DNA of 64,000 nt from an uncultured delta proteobacterium (GCA_963840855.1 CAWJBB010000040.1:96001-160000), one strand, 5' to 3'. Numbered from the stretch's first letter, positions 9,721 to 20,584 are shown. Numbers and translations: made by a program. Notes: generated from the letters alone by a model not told the origin.

Positions 9721-9757
9721 CGGATCTATTCCAGTGGCGATCGGGTTGCGCTCCGGG

Positions 9758-10177
9758 CTATACTCTTATCGCTTCGACTCGGAGACCGTGCGCTCTAGCG
9801 GCTGCACACTGACGGTCGTCGGCAGAAACGAATAGGTCTGCCGACCACTCCGAGGCGCAGGCGACATGTAAGGCATCGGCACTACCGAGCGGAAACTGCT
9901 CAAGCAGTGCCACCGCCTGAGCTATCACTTCCTCAGTAATCCCAATGACAGTAGCGTCGTCGATGTCCGAAAGTACCGATGCCTTGGCATTTCGGTACTC
10001 TTGAGTTGAAACTTTGCGTTCGCGCCGCCGGCGGCACAGAGCCGAAACGATTTCCGGAATGCAGATCACCGAGACGGCTAACGCTGAAGCCGAAGAGAGG
10101 ATGACTTGAACCTGATCGCTTCCTTTCTCTTCGATGTATCGTTTAGCGAGGGCTGAAGAATCGAAGAAAACATTCAA
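9758..10177 (-). CDS. vapC: PIN-domain VapC toxin
   Basis: VFFDSSALAKRY.EE.GS...PEIVSAL...ADALHVA...FVSADDRQ; TTG start overlapping the antitoxin stop. Confidence 0.9.
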   Translation of the reverse strand: MNVFFDSSALAKRYIEEKGSDQVQVILSSASALAVSVICIPEIVSALCRRRRERKVSTQEYRNAKASVLSDIDDATVIGITEEVIAQAVALLEQFPLGSADALHVACASEWSADLFVSADDRQCAAARAHGLRVEAIRV

Positions 10178-10404
10178 CGTGACTTCCGCCTTTCCTGCAA
10201 AATCGCCCTGCTGAGCGATGCACCGGGGCAGACCAACCTCAAACCGGGCCGCTTCCATGACGGAATTTTCTCCTCGGTTTCAGCAGGAACGATTTTCGCC
10301 ACTGTCTTGCCGTGGCGAATGACACGAACTGTTTCACCGTTTTCAACGAGAGTCAAAATTTCTGACGCCCTCTTTCTGAATTCAGTAAATGATAAACTTT
10401 TCAT
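10174..10404 (-). CDS. Phd/YefM-family antitoxin
   Basis: MKSLSFTEFRKRASEILTLVENGETVRVIRHGKTVAKIVP. Confidence 0.9.
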   Translation of the reverse strand: MKSLSFTEFRKRASEILTLVENGETVRVIRHGKTVAKIVPAETEEKIPSWKRPGLRLVCPGASLSRAILQERRKSR

Positions 10405-10527
10405 ATACGGTCCGCCTCCATCAGCAGGTGATTGTACATTACTGCACATTGATGTGCAATCACTAATCTGCACCGGGTCGGACCTGCGCAAGGCACCCTA
10501 CGAGGGAGAGAGAAGGGTGAGGGTGAT

Positions 10528-11640
10528 TCAATTGACGGGCATCCAGCTTTCTGTTTGAGCCGACTTCTCGACGGCATCCAGCACTTTCTGGGCCTCCAGT
10601 CCATCGCTAAAGCTAGGCCTCGGTTGCTCTCCCGTTCTAATACTCTGTGCGAGAAGGCGAGTGAGATTGGCGAAAATAGCTTCTCGCGGAGCCCGTCTCT
10701 GGTCCGCAGGGACCAAATCCTCCCTCAACCGTTCGGGAATAGGCAGAAGCTGTGTATCGCCGTCGCCCTGAGCACCCCAAAGCTCGCCGATCATCCAGTC
10801 AGGCTTGGTTCGATCGACTGCAGCTCGCAGCACACCGTGGTTACCTAAGATGCGAATCTCTTGATAGGCGTTGCCACGCGCCGCCGCGTTCGCTGCAAAT
10901 GAGACCAATCCTCCTCCAGCTAGTTCCCCAATGAAAACACAACAATCTTCGACCGTGACTTCTCGCTTCCCGGAACCATCGGCCAGAGGTCTCTCCTTGG
11001 TAAAAATGGCCTGCTGGCTACAGACCCGCTTGAAATCGCCCGCAAGCCAGCGCACTAGATCGACCAAGTGAACTCCACTGTCGCCCATGGCGCCAAAACC
11101 CACGGCTTCTTTCTGATCGCGCCACCCAAACGGCAGGTTGGGATCCGCCCGCCGTTCCGAGAACCAACTCGCTTCCACATGAAGGACACGGTTGCCAACG
11201 TATCCTTCCTGCATGAGTTCTTTCATCCGGTAAAAGGCCGGGATAAAGCGAAAATTGAAAGAAGTCATGTGAATCACGTGGGCTTCTTCGGCTCGCTTTA
11301 ACATCTCCGCCGCCTCTTCCTGATTCATTGCCAGAGGCTTTTCGCAGAGAACCGCGACGCTGTGCTTGAACGCTTCGGATGCCATGGCGAGATGAACATT
11401 TGTCGGCGTTGTCAGGCTCACCGCGTCGAGTCCGCCTTGTGCCAACATCTCCTGGTAATCCGTGAACACGTGCGGGATGCCGAATTCCCGGGCGATTTGA
11501 TCAGCCACCGCCTTTGTGCGCTGGCAGAATGCCGTAATCTCCACGCCGGGAGTTGCTCTGTACGCCAATATGTGAGTTCGGCCGAATCCGCCGCCAACGA
11601 CACCGACCTTTACTATTTTTTCCGAGGTTGCATGCTTCAT
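10528..11640 (-). CDS. Gfo/Idh/MocA-family oxidoreductase
   Basis: VGVVGGGFG, LCEKPLA, FNFRF, GAMGDSGVHLVD. Confidence 0.92.
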   Translation of the reverse strand: MKHATSEKIVKVGVVGGGFGRTHILAYRATPGVEITAFCQRTKAVADQIAREFGIPHVFTDYQEMLAQGGLDAVSLTTPTNVHLAMASEAFKHSVAVLCEKPLAMNQEEAAEMLKRAEEAHVIHMTSFNFRFIPAFYRMKELMQEGYVGNRVLHVEASWFSERRADPNLPFGWRDQKEAVGFGAMGDSGVHLVDLVRWLAGDFKRVCSQQAIFTKERPLADGSGKREVTVEDCCVFIGELAGGGLVSFAANAAARGNAYQEIRILGNHGVLRAAVDRTKPDWMIGELWGAQGDGDTQLLPIPERLREDLVPADQRRAPREAIFANLTRLLAQSIRTGEQPRPSFSDGLEAQKVLDAVEKSAQTESWMPVN

Positions 11641-11684
11641 TCGTGGCACCGGACCGGGATCGATCCCGTTGAGTGAATTTGCAG

Positions 11685-11837
11685 AACGCGCGTCGGAATC
11701 CCTTCGCAAGCTAACCCAATCAACTCTACAAATGCTCGGTCATCACCGTCTTTATGGAATACCTCGGTCTGCGCATTGCTCGGATTGATGACGTGATAGC
11801 ATAGGCCTTCTACCGAGGCTCGGGCTCTACGCGGCAT
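11685..11837 (-). pseudogene. RAYT N-terminal stub
   Basis: MPRRARASVEGLCYHVINPSNAQTEVFHKDGDDRAFVELI. Confidence 0.7.
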
Positions 11838-12013
11838 ACAGCCATTTACCTCGGAAAGGCTCATCTGGCAAGAAAAAAGAATGATCTCATAAACGGCATG
11901 GTCTCCGATGCGTCCGTTGTGGTAATGAGGCGGCTAAATAATCGAGGAGGAGACGATCCATGGAACATCTTCAAAGCAAAAATTTCCAGCCCGATGTAAA
12001 AGCCGCCCCGAAG

Positions 12014-12180
12014 TTGACATAACGCGACCTTATCAGATACCGTCTGCCCAAAAGATGAGGGTACGGGGGCCAACCTGTTTTCTGAGTTAGTCGCCTGAGG
12101 CTGTGCAACGCGGGCTCGCGCCGGGTCGTCACGATAATTTTGAGCGCTCACTGGCTCCCCCCTAAGCAAATTCCTATCAT
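12014..12180 (+). promoter_or_regulatory. Conserved 167-bp promoter-leader module, copy A (upstream of maiA)
   Basis: TTGACA-18 bp-TACCGT, ending in AAGCAAATTCCTATCAT. Confidence 0.65.
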
Positions 12181-12258
12181 TTGGTGAGTCGTGAATCACG
12201 AAGTAAGACCGGAGTGGGTGGTCGAATCACAAATCACGAATGTGACACGGGAGGAAAA

Positions 12259-12915
12259 ATGAAGTACTACGGCTTTTGGCGCTCGCTCGCCGCCTGCCGC
12301 GTGCGCATCGCCCTCGCGCTGAAGGGCGTAAAGGCGGAGGAGATCTCCGTCAACCTGTTGCAGGGAGAGCAGTTGAAGCCCGAGTACCGCGCCGTGAACG
12401 CACAAGCCGTCGTGCCGGCGCTGGTCCTCGACGACGGCTCGACCCTGTTCGAGTCCATGGCGATCATCGAGTACCTGGACGAGACGCATCCGGAGCCGCC
12501 ACTCCTGCCCAGGGACCCGAAAGGCCGGGCCCGCGTGCGCGCGCTGGCGCAGATCGTCGCCTGCGACGGCCACCCGCTCATCGTGCCGCGCATCCGCACC
12601 TACCTGGAAAAAGAGCTCAGCGTGGACGAGGCCGCGCGCACCCGCTGGTGCCAGTACTGGGTGATGGAAGCGTTGAAGTTCGTCGAGGCGCACCTCGCGA
12701 AAGAAAAGGAAACCGGCCGCTACTGCCACGGCGATGCAGTAACGCTGGCCGACATCTGCATTGCAACGCAGGTGTTCGGGGCCCGCTTCTTCAACTGCGA
12801 CACCGCGCCGGTGCCGACCGTGATGCGGGTGTTCAACGAGTGCATGAAACTCGAAGCCTTCGACAAATCGCATCCTCTGAAGCAGCCGGGCGCCCCCAAG
12901 GAAATAAAGCACTAA
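12259..12915 (+). CDS. maiA: Maleylacetoacetate/maleylpyruvate isomerase (GST zeta)
   Basis: FWRSLAACRVRIALALKG, VPALV, ESMAIIEYLDE, HPLKQP; GGAGG RBS. Confidence 0.9.
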   Translation: MKYYGFWRSLAACRVRIALALKGVKAEEISVNLLQGEQLKPEYRAVNAQAVVPALVLDDGSTLFESMAIIEYLDETHPEPPLLPRDPKGRARVRALAQIVACDGHPLIVPRIRTYLEKELSVDEAARTRWCQYWVMEALKFVEAHLAKEKETGRYCHGDAVTLADICIATQVFGARFFNCDTAPVPTVMRVFNECMKLEAFDKSHPLKQPGAPKEIKH

Positions 12916-13260
12916 GACGCGACGAATGAACCCGGATTCCACAGGGGTGGCGTGAGCGAGGGGCGAACCTGGAATAGCGAAGACATCCGACGCTGCAGTT
13001 TCACAGTCTTTTTTGGCCTTTGGCACGCCGTTGTTACGGAGTCTGGATACGCAAGCAAAGCACCGATGTGCGCTGTCCGCTTAGAGGCAGAAACCCATTG
13101 GCTTCGCTATGGAAGGTTTGTTCCTCGCTCTTTGGCGCAATTGCAACTGCAGAATCCGGGATGAAGGTGACGATTAAGGGTGACGAAGGACAAGAGGGTC
13201 TCGCGTCACCCGTATTTCGTCACGCTGTATAGCCTGCAGCAACCAACGCGTCCTTGCCGC

Positions 13261-14181
13261 ATGAAGCCGATCGCACTCAAGTTCGGGGGTTATCAAGAGC
13301 CCGCCTCGATCCACAACCGCGCCGCGGGCCGTTTCGGCGAGCTGCTGAAGCACAAGCTCGGCGATCGTATTTCCTTCGAGCTGATCGGCAGCGTGCTCAA
13401 GATCGGCCGGCCCTCGGGCGACCTGGCGGTCATGGTGGAAGGCGGCGAGATCGATTTCTGCTACTTGTCTACCGTGCGCTTCGCGAAGTGGGTGCCCGAG
13501 CTCAAGCTGCTGGAGCTTCCCTTCGTGGTGAAGGACCGCAAAACAATCTGCGCGGCGTTCACGGACGGCTTTGGCGACTTGGTCAGGCGCCGGATGCGCG
13601 AGAACACTCCGTACCGCCTGCTCGGCCTCTGGGACAACGGATTTCGGCACTTCACCAACAAGGTGCGGCCGATCCGCACGCCCGTGGACTGCAAGGGTCT
13701 GCGCATCCGCTGCCAGGTGAGCGAACTGCACGCGGAAGTGTTCCGGGCGTTCGGATTCGAGCCGATCCCGGTGGACGTCAAGCAGTTCACCGAGGAAATC
13801 GCGAGTGGCAGGTTCGACGCCCAGGAGAACCCGCTCACCAATACTTTCAACTTCGGCGTGCACAACTACCACCGCTACTTCACGCTCTCGGGCCACCTCT
13901 TCGGCGCAGCAGCGTTCATCTGCAAGGAAGAGCGCTACCAGAGCTGGCCGCAGGACATGCGGGCCGCTGTGGACAGCCTGGCGTGGGAAGCGACCGCGTA
14001 CCAGCATCAGCTGGCCGCGGCGGAGGACGCGGAGATCCTGGCGAAGCTCGATCCGTCAATGAACGAGGTGATCCGCCTGACCGACGCGGAGCGCGCCGCT
14101 TTCGTCAAAGCCTCACAGCCCGTTCTGGACAAGCATCGCAAAGAGCTGGATCCCAAGCTCTTTGCTTACCTGGGAGCGTGA
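13261..14181 (+). CDS. dctP: TRAP transporter substrate-binding protein (orphan)
   Basis: LELPF, WDNGFRHF, DCKGLRIR, FDAQENP. Confidence 0.9.
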   Translation: MKPIALKFGGYQEPASIHNRAAGRFGELLKHKLGDRISFELIGSVLKIGRPSGDLAVMVEGGEIDFCYLSTVRFAKWVPELKLLELPFVVKDRKTICAAFTDGFGDLVRRRMRENTPYRLLGLWDNGFRHFTNKVRPIRTPVDCKGLRIRCQVSELHAEVFRAFGFEPIPVDVKQFTEEIASGRFDAQENPLTNTFNFGVHNYHRYFTLSGHLFGAAAFICKEERYQSWPQDMRAAVDSLAWEATAYQHQLAAAEDAEILAKLDPSMNEVIRLTDAERAAFVKASQPVLDKHRKELDPKLFAYLGA

Positions 14182-14391
14182 TGAATGATGGGTGATAAGT
14201 GACAAGGGTCTGCGGCAGCGCTTCGCGCGCTACCACGACTATCAGTCGCCACTCGCAACCCGCACGATGGCGCAGTCGCTGAGAGATTTGGAGTGCAAAT
14301 TCAAGAATCAAGAGTCCTGACCCTTAAGCTCTAAGCTCGGGTTGTCTCTGGTGACCGAACGACGACGGCATCCGAGATCGGAGGAAAGACC

Positions 14392-15348
14392 ATGGCACGC
14401 CTTACGAAGGCCGACGTGTTGAAGAAGGCCGAGGATCTCAAGAACTGGGGCAAGTGGGGCCCCGACGACGAGCTGGGCGTCTTAAACTACGTCATGCCCG
14501 AGGACATCATCAACGCCGCCAAACTGGTGCGGAAGGGCAAGGTCTTCCGGCTCGGTCTCAATCTCGACGAGAACGGGCCGCAGCGCGGCCTTTTCGGCGG
14601 ACGCTGGAACCCGTTGCACCAGATGCTGGCGACGGGCACCGATGCCATGGCCGGCAAGCACGACGTGACGCCGGGGCTGCGCTACGCGGATGACGCCATC
14701 AATCTGCCGACGCAGGCCGCTACGCAGTGGGATGCGCTGTCGCACGTGTTCCTCGGCGACAAGATGTGGAACGGCTATCCGGCCTCGCTCGTCGACAGCC
14801 GCGGAGCGCACAAGAACGGCATCGAGAAGTTTGCGAACAAGATGGTGGGCCGGGGCGTGCTGCTCGACGTGGCGCGCCACAAGGGCGTCGATTGTCTCGA
14901 CGACGGGTATCCCATCACGGTCGCCGACCTTGACGGGACCGCGCGCGCGCAGGGCGTCGAGGTACGACGCGCCGACTTCGTGATCGTCCGCACGGGACAG
15001 ATGGAGGATCGCTTGCGGAAGGGCGAGTGGGGTGGCTATGCCGGCGGTCCCGCGCCGGGCCTGGCCTTCGATACGCTGGACTGGATCCATGGCCGGCAGA
15101 TCGCGGGCATCTGCAGCGACACCTGGGGGATCGAGGTCCGCCCGAACGACACCGAGTCGGACGTGTTCCAGCCCTGGCACTGGGTCACGATCCCCGCGAT
15201 CGGCATCGTCCACGGCGAGATCTTCTACCTCGAGGAGCTCGCCGCAGATTGCGCGGCCGACCGCGTCTACGAGTTCTTCTTCTGCGCGCCGCCGCTGGTC
15301 ATCACCCGGGGCACCGGCTCGCCGATCAACCCCCAGGCGATCAAGTAA
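14392..15348 (+). CDS. Cyclase-family (kynurenine formamidase-like) metallohydrolase
   Basis: NWGKWGPDDELG, TQWDALSH, GRGVLLD, GTGSPINP. Confidence 0.92.
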   Translation: MARLTKADVLKKAEDLKNWGKWGPDDELGVLNYVMPEDIINAAKLVRKGKVFRLGLNLDENGPQRGLFGGRWNPLHQMLATGTDAMAGKHDVTPGLRYADDAINLPTQAATQWDALSHVFLGDKMWNGYPASLVDSRGAHKNGIEKFANKMVGRGVLLDVARHKGVDCLDDGYPITVADLDGTARAQGVEVRRADFVIVRTGQMEDRLRKGEWGGYAGGPAPGLAFDTLDWIHGRQIAGICSDTWGIEVRPNDTESDVFQPWHWVTIPAIGIVHGEIFYLEELAADCAADRVYEFFFCAPPLVITRGTGSPINPQAIK

Positions 15349-15435
15349 GCTCGGCGGGAGCGTTGGCTCGCGGCGTGCGGCGCGTCAGTGTATTAGCGCA
15401 GGGTCAAATCTTTTCCGCTGCATCAATGGCAGTGG

Positions 15436-15837
15436 CTAAGCCAATCGTACGTTCTCTACCACGATTCCGAGTGAAGGCGCCCGAGCAAGAGGTCCATCTG
15501 CGGTGAGAAGTGACGCGCTGGAAAGACGGGCGGCGGCGACATAAAACGCGTCGTACGCGCTCACATTGTTGCGATGTTGCCAAGCCGCCCGGACGAGGGA
15601 GATGTGCGGAATTCGGTCGATTGACCAATCTATGAGATCTTCGATTGCGACCAACGCGCGCTGCTCCGTGAGCTCGCCGCGCAAGACCGCGCGTCGCAAG
15701 ACCGACAGCACTTCTACGTCCAATAACTCCGGGGCCAATAGAAACGCGCCCTCGATTACATCAGCAAGTTTGAGCCCCAATGGGGTTCGAAGAAGATATT
15801 CCGTCGCGGCGGACGCGTCGATAACGTAGCGGCTCAA
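15436..15837 (-). CDS. vapC: PIN-domain VapC toxin
   Basis: YVIDASA, APELLDVEV, SAYDAFYVA, LLTAD. Confidence 0.9.
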   Translation of the reverse strand: MSRYVIDASAATEYLLRTPLGLKLADVIEGAFLLAPELLDVEVLSVLRRAVLRGELTEQRALVAIEDLIDWSIDRIPHISLVRAAWQHRNNVSAYDAFYVAAARLSSASLLTADGPLARAPSLGIVVENVRLA

Positions 15838-16067
15838 GGAAGGTCACGGTCGCGCTGGCGCCGTTCTTGTTCGAGCAACTGCGCAGCCGAGCTGCCAAGA
15901 TGCGTCATGGGGCGGCCCGAGAAACGTTTGTGCCATTCTCGTCGCGCCACTTCTCGCTCAATGGCTTCCAAAATTATTTCGCCGAGGGTGCAGTCTTGCT
16001 CGCGCGCGTAACGGCGAAGCCGGTTGTGGAGTTTTTCTGGAACGTTCTTGACTTGGATGTTGGCCAT
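15834..16067 (-). CDS. FitA-like ribbon-helix-helix antitoxin
   Basis: MANIQVKNVPEKLHNRLRRYA; 4-bp overlap with the PIN gene. Confidence 0.88.
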   Translation of the reverse strand: MANIQVKNVPEKLHNRLRRYAREQDCTLGEIILEAIEREVARREWHKRFSGRPMTHLGSSAAQLLEQERRQRDRDLP

Positions 16068-16220
16068 GCAAAAACAGTAGCATGCCATCGGCATGCCGGC
16101 AAGATATGGGTACTGGCCGGAATTTTTTGTAATACTATCCAAAAACTAACACCAACATGTTTGTCATAACATGCCGCTGAAATATTGCGGAAGTTTAAGG
16201 TTCTCGGATTCGGAAATTCC

Positions 16221-16330
16221 TCCCGCCAAGGCGCAAAGGCGCCAAGTTCGGAGGGGAAGGAAAAATATTCTCGCAAATGGTTTCCACCATTTTTCTCCCA
16301 CCTTTGCGGCCTTTGCGTCTTTGCGGGAGA
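16221..16330. repeat. Inverted pair of 8-9-mer arrays (CGCAAAG / CTTTGCG)
   Basis: tcccgccaaggcgcaaaggcgccaag ... ctttgcggcctttgcgtctttgcgggag. Confidence 0.75.
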
Positions 16331-16557
16331 CATTCCGAGTTTCCGTCGCGGCTGTTCGCCGACAAGGCGAACCTTTTTTTCCCAGCGTAGTCTGGGAAAA
16401 GCGTGTAATACTATCTTCGAAAGTTTTCGCGGCTCGCGCAAATTTTCCGATGGCTGCGCTTTACCATTGCGCAATCAACCCATGATGCTTAGGATCATTC
16501 TCGCGCCAAGTCGCCGAGACGCCAAGTGACGGGGCCAAAGCCCGTCATCCCGAGCGA

Positions 16558-16689
16558 CAGACTGTGTGAAAACTCCGTTCATGGTTCGACTGGGCTCACC
16601 ACGAACGGATACGGACATTACGAATCAAGCAGTTAGCCGTTCGCCCTGAGCTACGTCGAAGGGCTCCTAATGAGTTTTCACACAGTCTG
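16558..16689. mobile_element. 132-bp MITE with 18-bp TIRs and a 4-bp TSD, inserted into a REP-like palindrome
   Basis: CAGACTGTGTGAAAACTC ... GAGTTTTCACACAGTCTG, flanked by GCGA/GCGA; removing it restores GTCATCCCGAGCGAATGCGAGGGATCT. Confidence 0.85.
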
Positions 16690-16921
16690 GCGAATGCGAG
16701 GGATCTAAGAAAGATTTCTCCCGGAGTTTACCCTGAGCTTGGCCGAAGGGGTCGAAATGACAATACACTTTCTTTGCGGCCCCTTCGACGTCGCTCAGGA
16801 CATGCTTTGCGTCTTTGCGCGAAATATTCCGCTTTTGGTTGCGCCTCGGCCGCGCCAGGTTCTCTGCGGTAGAATTCTTCTCTTCGCTTTTTTGGTAGCG
16901 GTCGCGCTGGGTTCCTCCATG

Positions 16922-17893
16922 TCAATAGAGGTGGCACGCTACCAGATGATCGGTGGCGATTTCTTTCTCCTCCGGCTCGATCTCCGCGCACTGTGGCATG
17001 GCGAAGGGACAGCGCGGATGGAAGCGGCAACCCGAGGGCGGGTTGATGGGAGACGGGACTTCTCCCGCCAGGATTATCTCCTCCCGAGTAATATCCGGAT
17101 GCGCCGGAAGGGCGGCCGAGAAGAGCGCCTTGGTGTAGGGGTGCAGCGGATTCCTGAACAGCTCCTTCGTCTTGGCCTTCTCCACGATCTTACCCAGGTA
17201 CATGACCGCCACCTCATGCGCCATGTAGCGGGTCGTCGCCAGGTGGTGGGCGATGAGCAGATAACTCACGTGGTACTGCTTCTGGAGATCCACCAAGAGG
17301 TTCATGATCTGCGCTCGAATAGAAACGTCCAGGGCTGAGACCGGCTCGTCGAGGATGATGAGCTTCGGACTCGACACCAGGGCGCTGGCCACGGCGATGC
17401 GCTGGCGCTGCCCGCCGCTAAACTCGTGTGGGTAGAGGTTGGCCTGCTGGGGACGCAGGCCGACGGCGCTCATAATCTCGGCGACGCGCTCTTTGACCTC
17501 CTGAGAGGACACCTGCCGGTTTACCACCAGCGGCTCGGCCACGATCTCCTGCACTCGCATGCGGGGACTCAGGGAAGACCAGGGATCCTGAAAGACCGCC
17601 TGGACCATCGTCCGGTATTCTTTAAGGACCTCGCCATTCAACGCGTGGACGTCTTTGCCATCGACGAACACCTGGCCGGCGGTTGGCCACTCCAGACGCA
17701 GGATGAGCTTGGCGGTGGTCGTCTTGCCACAGCCGGACTCGCCCACGAGGGCGAGCGTCTCCCCCGGTGGAATCGAGAAGCTGATGCCATCCACGGCCTG
17801 GACCCAGCCGATGACCTTCGTCCAGAGCAGACCCTGGGTGACAGGAAAATGTTTTTTCAGCGCCTCGGCCCGGAGAATGGGAGTGGCTAACAT
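16922..17893 (-). CDS. Peptide/nickel ABC transporter ATPase (OppF/DppF-like)
   Basis: [32 protein letters not shown]. Confidence 0.95.
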   Translation of the reverse strand: MLATPILRAEALKKHFPVTQGLLWTKVIGWVQAVDGISFSIPPGETLALVGESGCGKTTTAKLILRLEWPTAGQVFVDGKDVHALNGEVLKEYRTMVQAVFQDPWSSLSPRMRVQEIVAEPLVVNRQVSSQEVKERVAEIMSAVGLRPQQANLYPHEFSGGQRQRIAVASALVSSPKLIILDEPVSALDVSIRAQIMNLLVDLQKQYHVSYLLIAHHLATTRYMAHEVAVMYLGKIVEKAKTKELFRNPLHPYTKALFSAALPAHPDITREEIILAGEVPSPINPPSGCRFHPRCPFAMPQCAEIEPEEKEIATDHLVACHLY

Positions 17894-18876
17894 GCCTGTT
17901 CCAATCTCCAGCAGCCGGCGCTGTGGCCGTCTCCTACGGCGAACGTCGGCGGATAGTCTTGCCGGCAACGATCATCGGCATGGGGGCATCGGGCGGCAAA
18001 CCGGCACCCCGCGGGGAGGTCCCAGAGCGCTGGCGGCTGGCCGGTGATCGAATAAAGCCGCTCGACGTCCTCGTCCATGCTGGGAACGGAGTTCAACAAA
18101 GCTTGCGTATACGGATGGGACGGATGATTGAAAATGTCCCGCACTGAGCCGCTTTCCACGACCCGGCCGGCGTACATCACCATGACCCGGTCGCACATCT
18201 TCGCCACGATGCCAAAGTCGTGGGTGATGAAGATCAGCGCGAGGTTTGTCTGCTCTTGAATCTCGCGGAGCAGACGCAGGTATTGAGCCTGGATGGTCAC
18301 GTCCAGCGAGGTGGTGGGCTCGTCGGCGATGATGACTTTCGGCTCGCAGGAGATGGCGATTGCGCCGACGACACGCTGCTTCATACCGCCACTCATCTGG
18401 TGCGGGTAGTCCTGTACCCGGCGCTCGGGGGCTGCAAGCCGCACCTGCTTCAAGCTGTCGATCGCCCGCTTGACCAGCGATCGATGACCGTCTCTGTGAT
18501 GGATCTGGATGGCTTCGATTAGCTGGTTGCCGACCGTGAACACCGGATTGAGAGAGGTCTGGGGATCCTGGAGAATCATCGAGATGCGTCGCCCCCGTAT
18601 GCTTCGCATCTCCCGTTCGCTCTTGTCGAGTAGATTCTCCCCTTCGAGGCGGATGGCTCCTTTGACGATCCGGGCTGCCGGCCGGGGCACCAACCTCAAC
18701 AACGACAGGGCGGTCATGGTCTTCCCGCAGCCCGACTCGCCCACGATGCCCAGAGCTTCTCCCTGTCGTAAGGAAAAGCTCACCCCGTCCACGGCCTTCA
18801 CCACGCCCCAGCGGGTGAAGCAGTAGGTGTGGAGGTCCTCGACTTCCAGGATGACGTCGCCGGTCTGTCTGGCCAT
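17887..18876 (-). CDS. Peptide/nickel ABC transporter ATPase (OppD/DppD-like)
   Basis: [28 protein letters not shown]. Confidence 0.95.
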   Translation of the reverse strand: MARQTGDVILEVEDLHTYCFTRWGVVKAVDGVSFSLRQGEALGIVGESGCGKTMTALSLLRLVPRPAARIVKGAIRLEGENLLDKSEREMRSIRGRRISMILQDPQTSLNPVFTVGNQLIEAIQIHHRDGHRSLVKRAIDSLKQVRLAAPERRVQDYPHQMSGGMKQRVVGAIAISCEPKVIIADEPTTSLDVTIQAQYLRLLREIQEQTNLALIFITHDFGIVAKMCDRVMVMYAGRVVESGSVRDIFNHPSHPYTQALLNSVPSMDEDVERLYSITGQPPALWDLPAGCRFAARCPHADDRCRQDYPPTFAVGDGHSAGCWRLEQAC

Positions 18877-18902
18877 GCACTACCTACCGTCGGATATGGC
18901 GC

Positions 18903-18937
18903 GGCATCAAGGGGAAGATTGCCCTCCCCTTGATGCC
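18903..18937 (-). terminator. Intra-operon stem-loop after the binding-protein gene
   Basis: GGCATCAAGGGGA-9 nt-TCCCCTTGATGCC, a perfect 13-bp stem. Confidence 0.6.
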
Positions 18938-18954
18938 CTGGTGCCTCGCTGGTC

Positions 18955-20568
18955 CTACTTCGCGGGCGGCTTCACGAGATGGAAGTGCGTCGATCTCCCG
19001 GCGGCAAGGCCCGGGTAGACCCACTCCCCTACCACCTTCGGGTTGACAAGGACTTCATTACCGAACCAGAAGAGCGGGATGTCGGCGAATTCCTCGAACA
19101 GATAGTCGGCGATCGCCCGGGCATGGCGCTGCCGTTCCTCGGTCTTTACGCTCTGGGCCCATGCCAGGTAGGTCTTGTCGATAAACTCGTGCTCGTAGTG
19201 GTGGTTCGGTCCCTTGCTGTAGTTAAACGTCCGGATCGACTCCTCTGACGGCCTCCATGAGATGATGTTGGGCCAGATGCAGCAGCCGATCGCCTTCTTG
19301 CGGTACATCTCTCGCACCTTGGCCCAGTCGAGAACCTCGATCTCCGCCTCGATGCCCACGTCCTTGAAGTAGAGCCCCAGGGCCTCGGCGACCTGCGGCC
19401 CTTCTGACTCCCCGGGCTCGGTGAACGCCAGGATCTTCAACTTGAGCTGGCCAGGCCCGTAGCCGGCCTCTTTCAGGAGCGCCTTCGCCTTCGCGGGATT
19501 GTAGCCATACATCTCGTCGAACCGCTTCTGCCACTCCGGGTTCCATCCCTCTGACTGGGGCAGCCAGCCAGTAACGTACGTGTAGGTCCCCTTGCCGGCG
19601 AACACCGTGTTGAGGAGTTCCTTGCGGTTGACGGCCATGTTCATGGCCTGCCTGACTTTCTTGTTGGTCCAGGGCACCTCGGCCTTGAACGCCGGATCCC
19701 CGGGCATGAAGTACATACCTCCCAGGTATATCGATATCCAGTCCACGGGAAACGACGACGAGTAGATCTTCATACCCCGCTTGAGCGCGTCCTTCTGCAG
19801 CTCGCGGGGCAGGTCGGCGATGTGGGCCTCGCCCGACAGCAGCATCGCCAGCCGTGTCGATTCCTCACGGACCAGTCTAAACTCCAGCTGCCTGAATGCC
19901 GGCTTTTCGCCGCGCCAGTGGTTGTCGATCCGCTCGAAGCTAACGGACAACCCCGGTTGCCGCCCGGCATAGCGGTAGGAGCCGGTTCCCGCCGGCCGCT
20001 TGTCAAACCCGTCGATTCCTTCCTTGTCCCACTGGGCCTTGCTGACGATCCTGAGATCCCCAGCGCGCGAGGCGCCGTAATCCATGACCGTCGTCGGGTT
20101 CTTGAAGCGGAACACGACCTGGTGGTCGTTGACGGCCTTCACCTCCTCGACCTGGCGCCAGAACCCGGCCAGGGTCGCAGTCGCCTCCTGACGCATCATC
20201 ATGGAGTGGGAATGGACGACGTCCTTGGCAGTTAACTGGCCAAATCCAAAATGGAAGGGGATGCCCTTGCGCAGGACAAACGTCCACTCTTTGTAGTCGG
20301 CGCTAGGGTACCACTTCTCGGCCAGGCGAGGGGTATACTTGCCACTCTTGGGGTCCACCTCGAGCAGGGTTTCCAGGAACGGGTCGTACTGGAGATGGTC
20401 GGGGCGGGAGACCATCCAGAAACGGTTGGTCTCAGAGAACCCAGCGGAGGCAAACACCAGTCGGTCGGTCTTGATCGCTTGGGCCAATCCTGGTGTTGGC
20501 GTGGTAACCAGGGTCAATGCCAGCGCCACCAGCAGTCCCGGCACAAGTGAAACAAATCTTGGTTTCAT
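18955..20568 (-). CDS. ABC transporter substrate-binding protein, family 5
   Basis: Signal peptide; PRLAEKW..WTFVLRKG, PAGTGSY, KVRQAMNMAVNR. Confidence 0.93.
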   Translation of the reverse strand: MKPRFVSLVPGLLVALALTLVTTPTPGLAQAIKTDRLVFASAGFSETNRFWMVSRPDHLQYDPFLETLLEVDPKSGKYTPRLAEKWYPSADYKEWTFVLRKGIPFHFGFGQLTAKDVVHSHSMMMRQEATATLAGFWRQVEEVKAVNDHQVVFRFKNPTTVMDYGASRAGDLRIVSKAQWDKEGIDGFDKRPAGTGSYRYAGRQPGLSVSFERIDNHWRGEKPAFRQLEFRLVREESTRLAMLLSGEAHIADLPRELQKDALKRGMKIYSSSFPVDWISIYLGGMYFMPGDPAFKAEVPWTNKKVRQAMNMAVNRKELLNTVFAGKGTYTYVTGWLPQSEGWNPEWQKRFDEMYGYNPAKAKALLKEAGYGPGQLKLKILAFTEPGESEGPQVAEALGLYFKDVGIEAEIEVLDWAKVREMYRKKAIGCCIWPNIISWRPSEESIRTFNYSKGPNHHYEHEFIDKTYLAWAQSVKTEERQRHARAIADYLFEEFADIPLFWFGNEVLVNPKVVGEWVYPGLAAGRSTHFHLVKPPAK

Positions 20569-20584
20569 CGCGCACCTCCTTTTA

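Noticed and set aside
16171-16900. ORFs across the repeat cluster (also 3416-3760, 22693-23286, 33004-33228, 48531-48914)
   Set aside because: These are translations of REP/MITE/hairpin repeats with no protein-like motifs.
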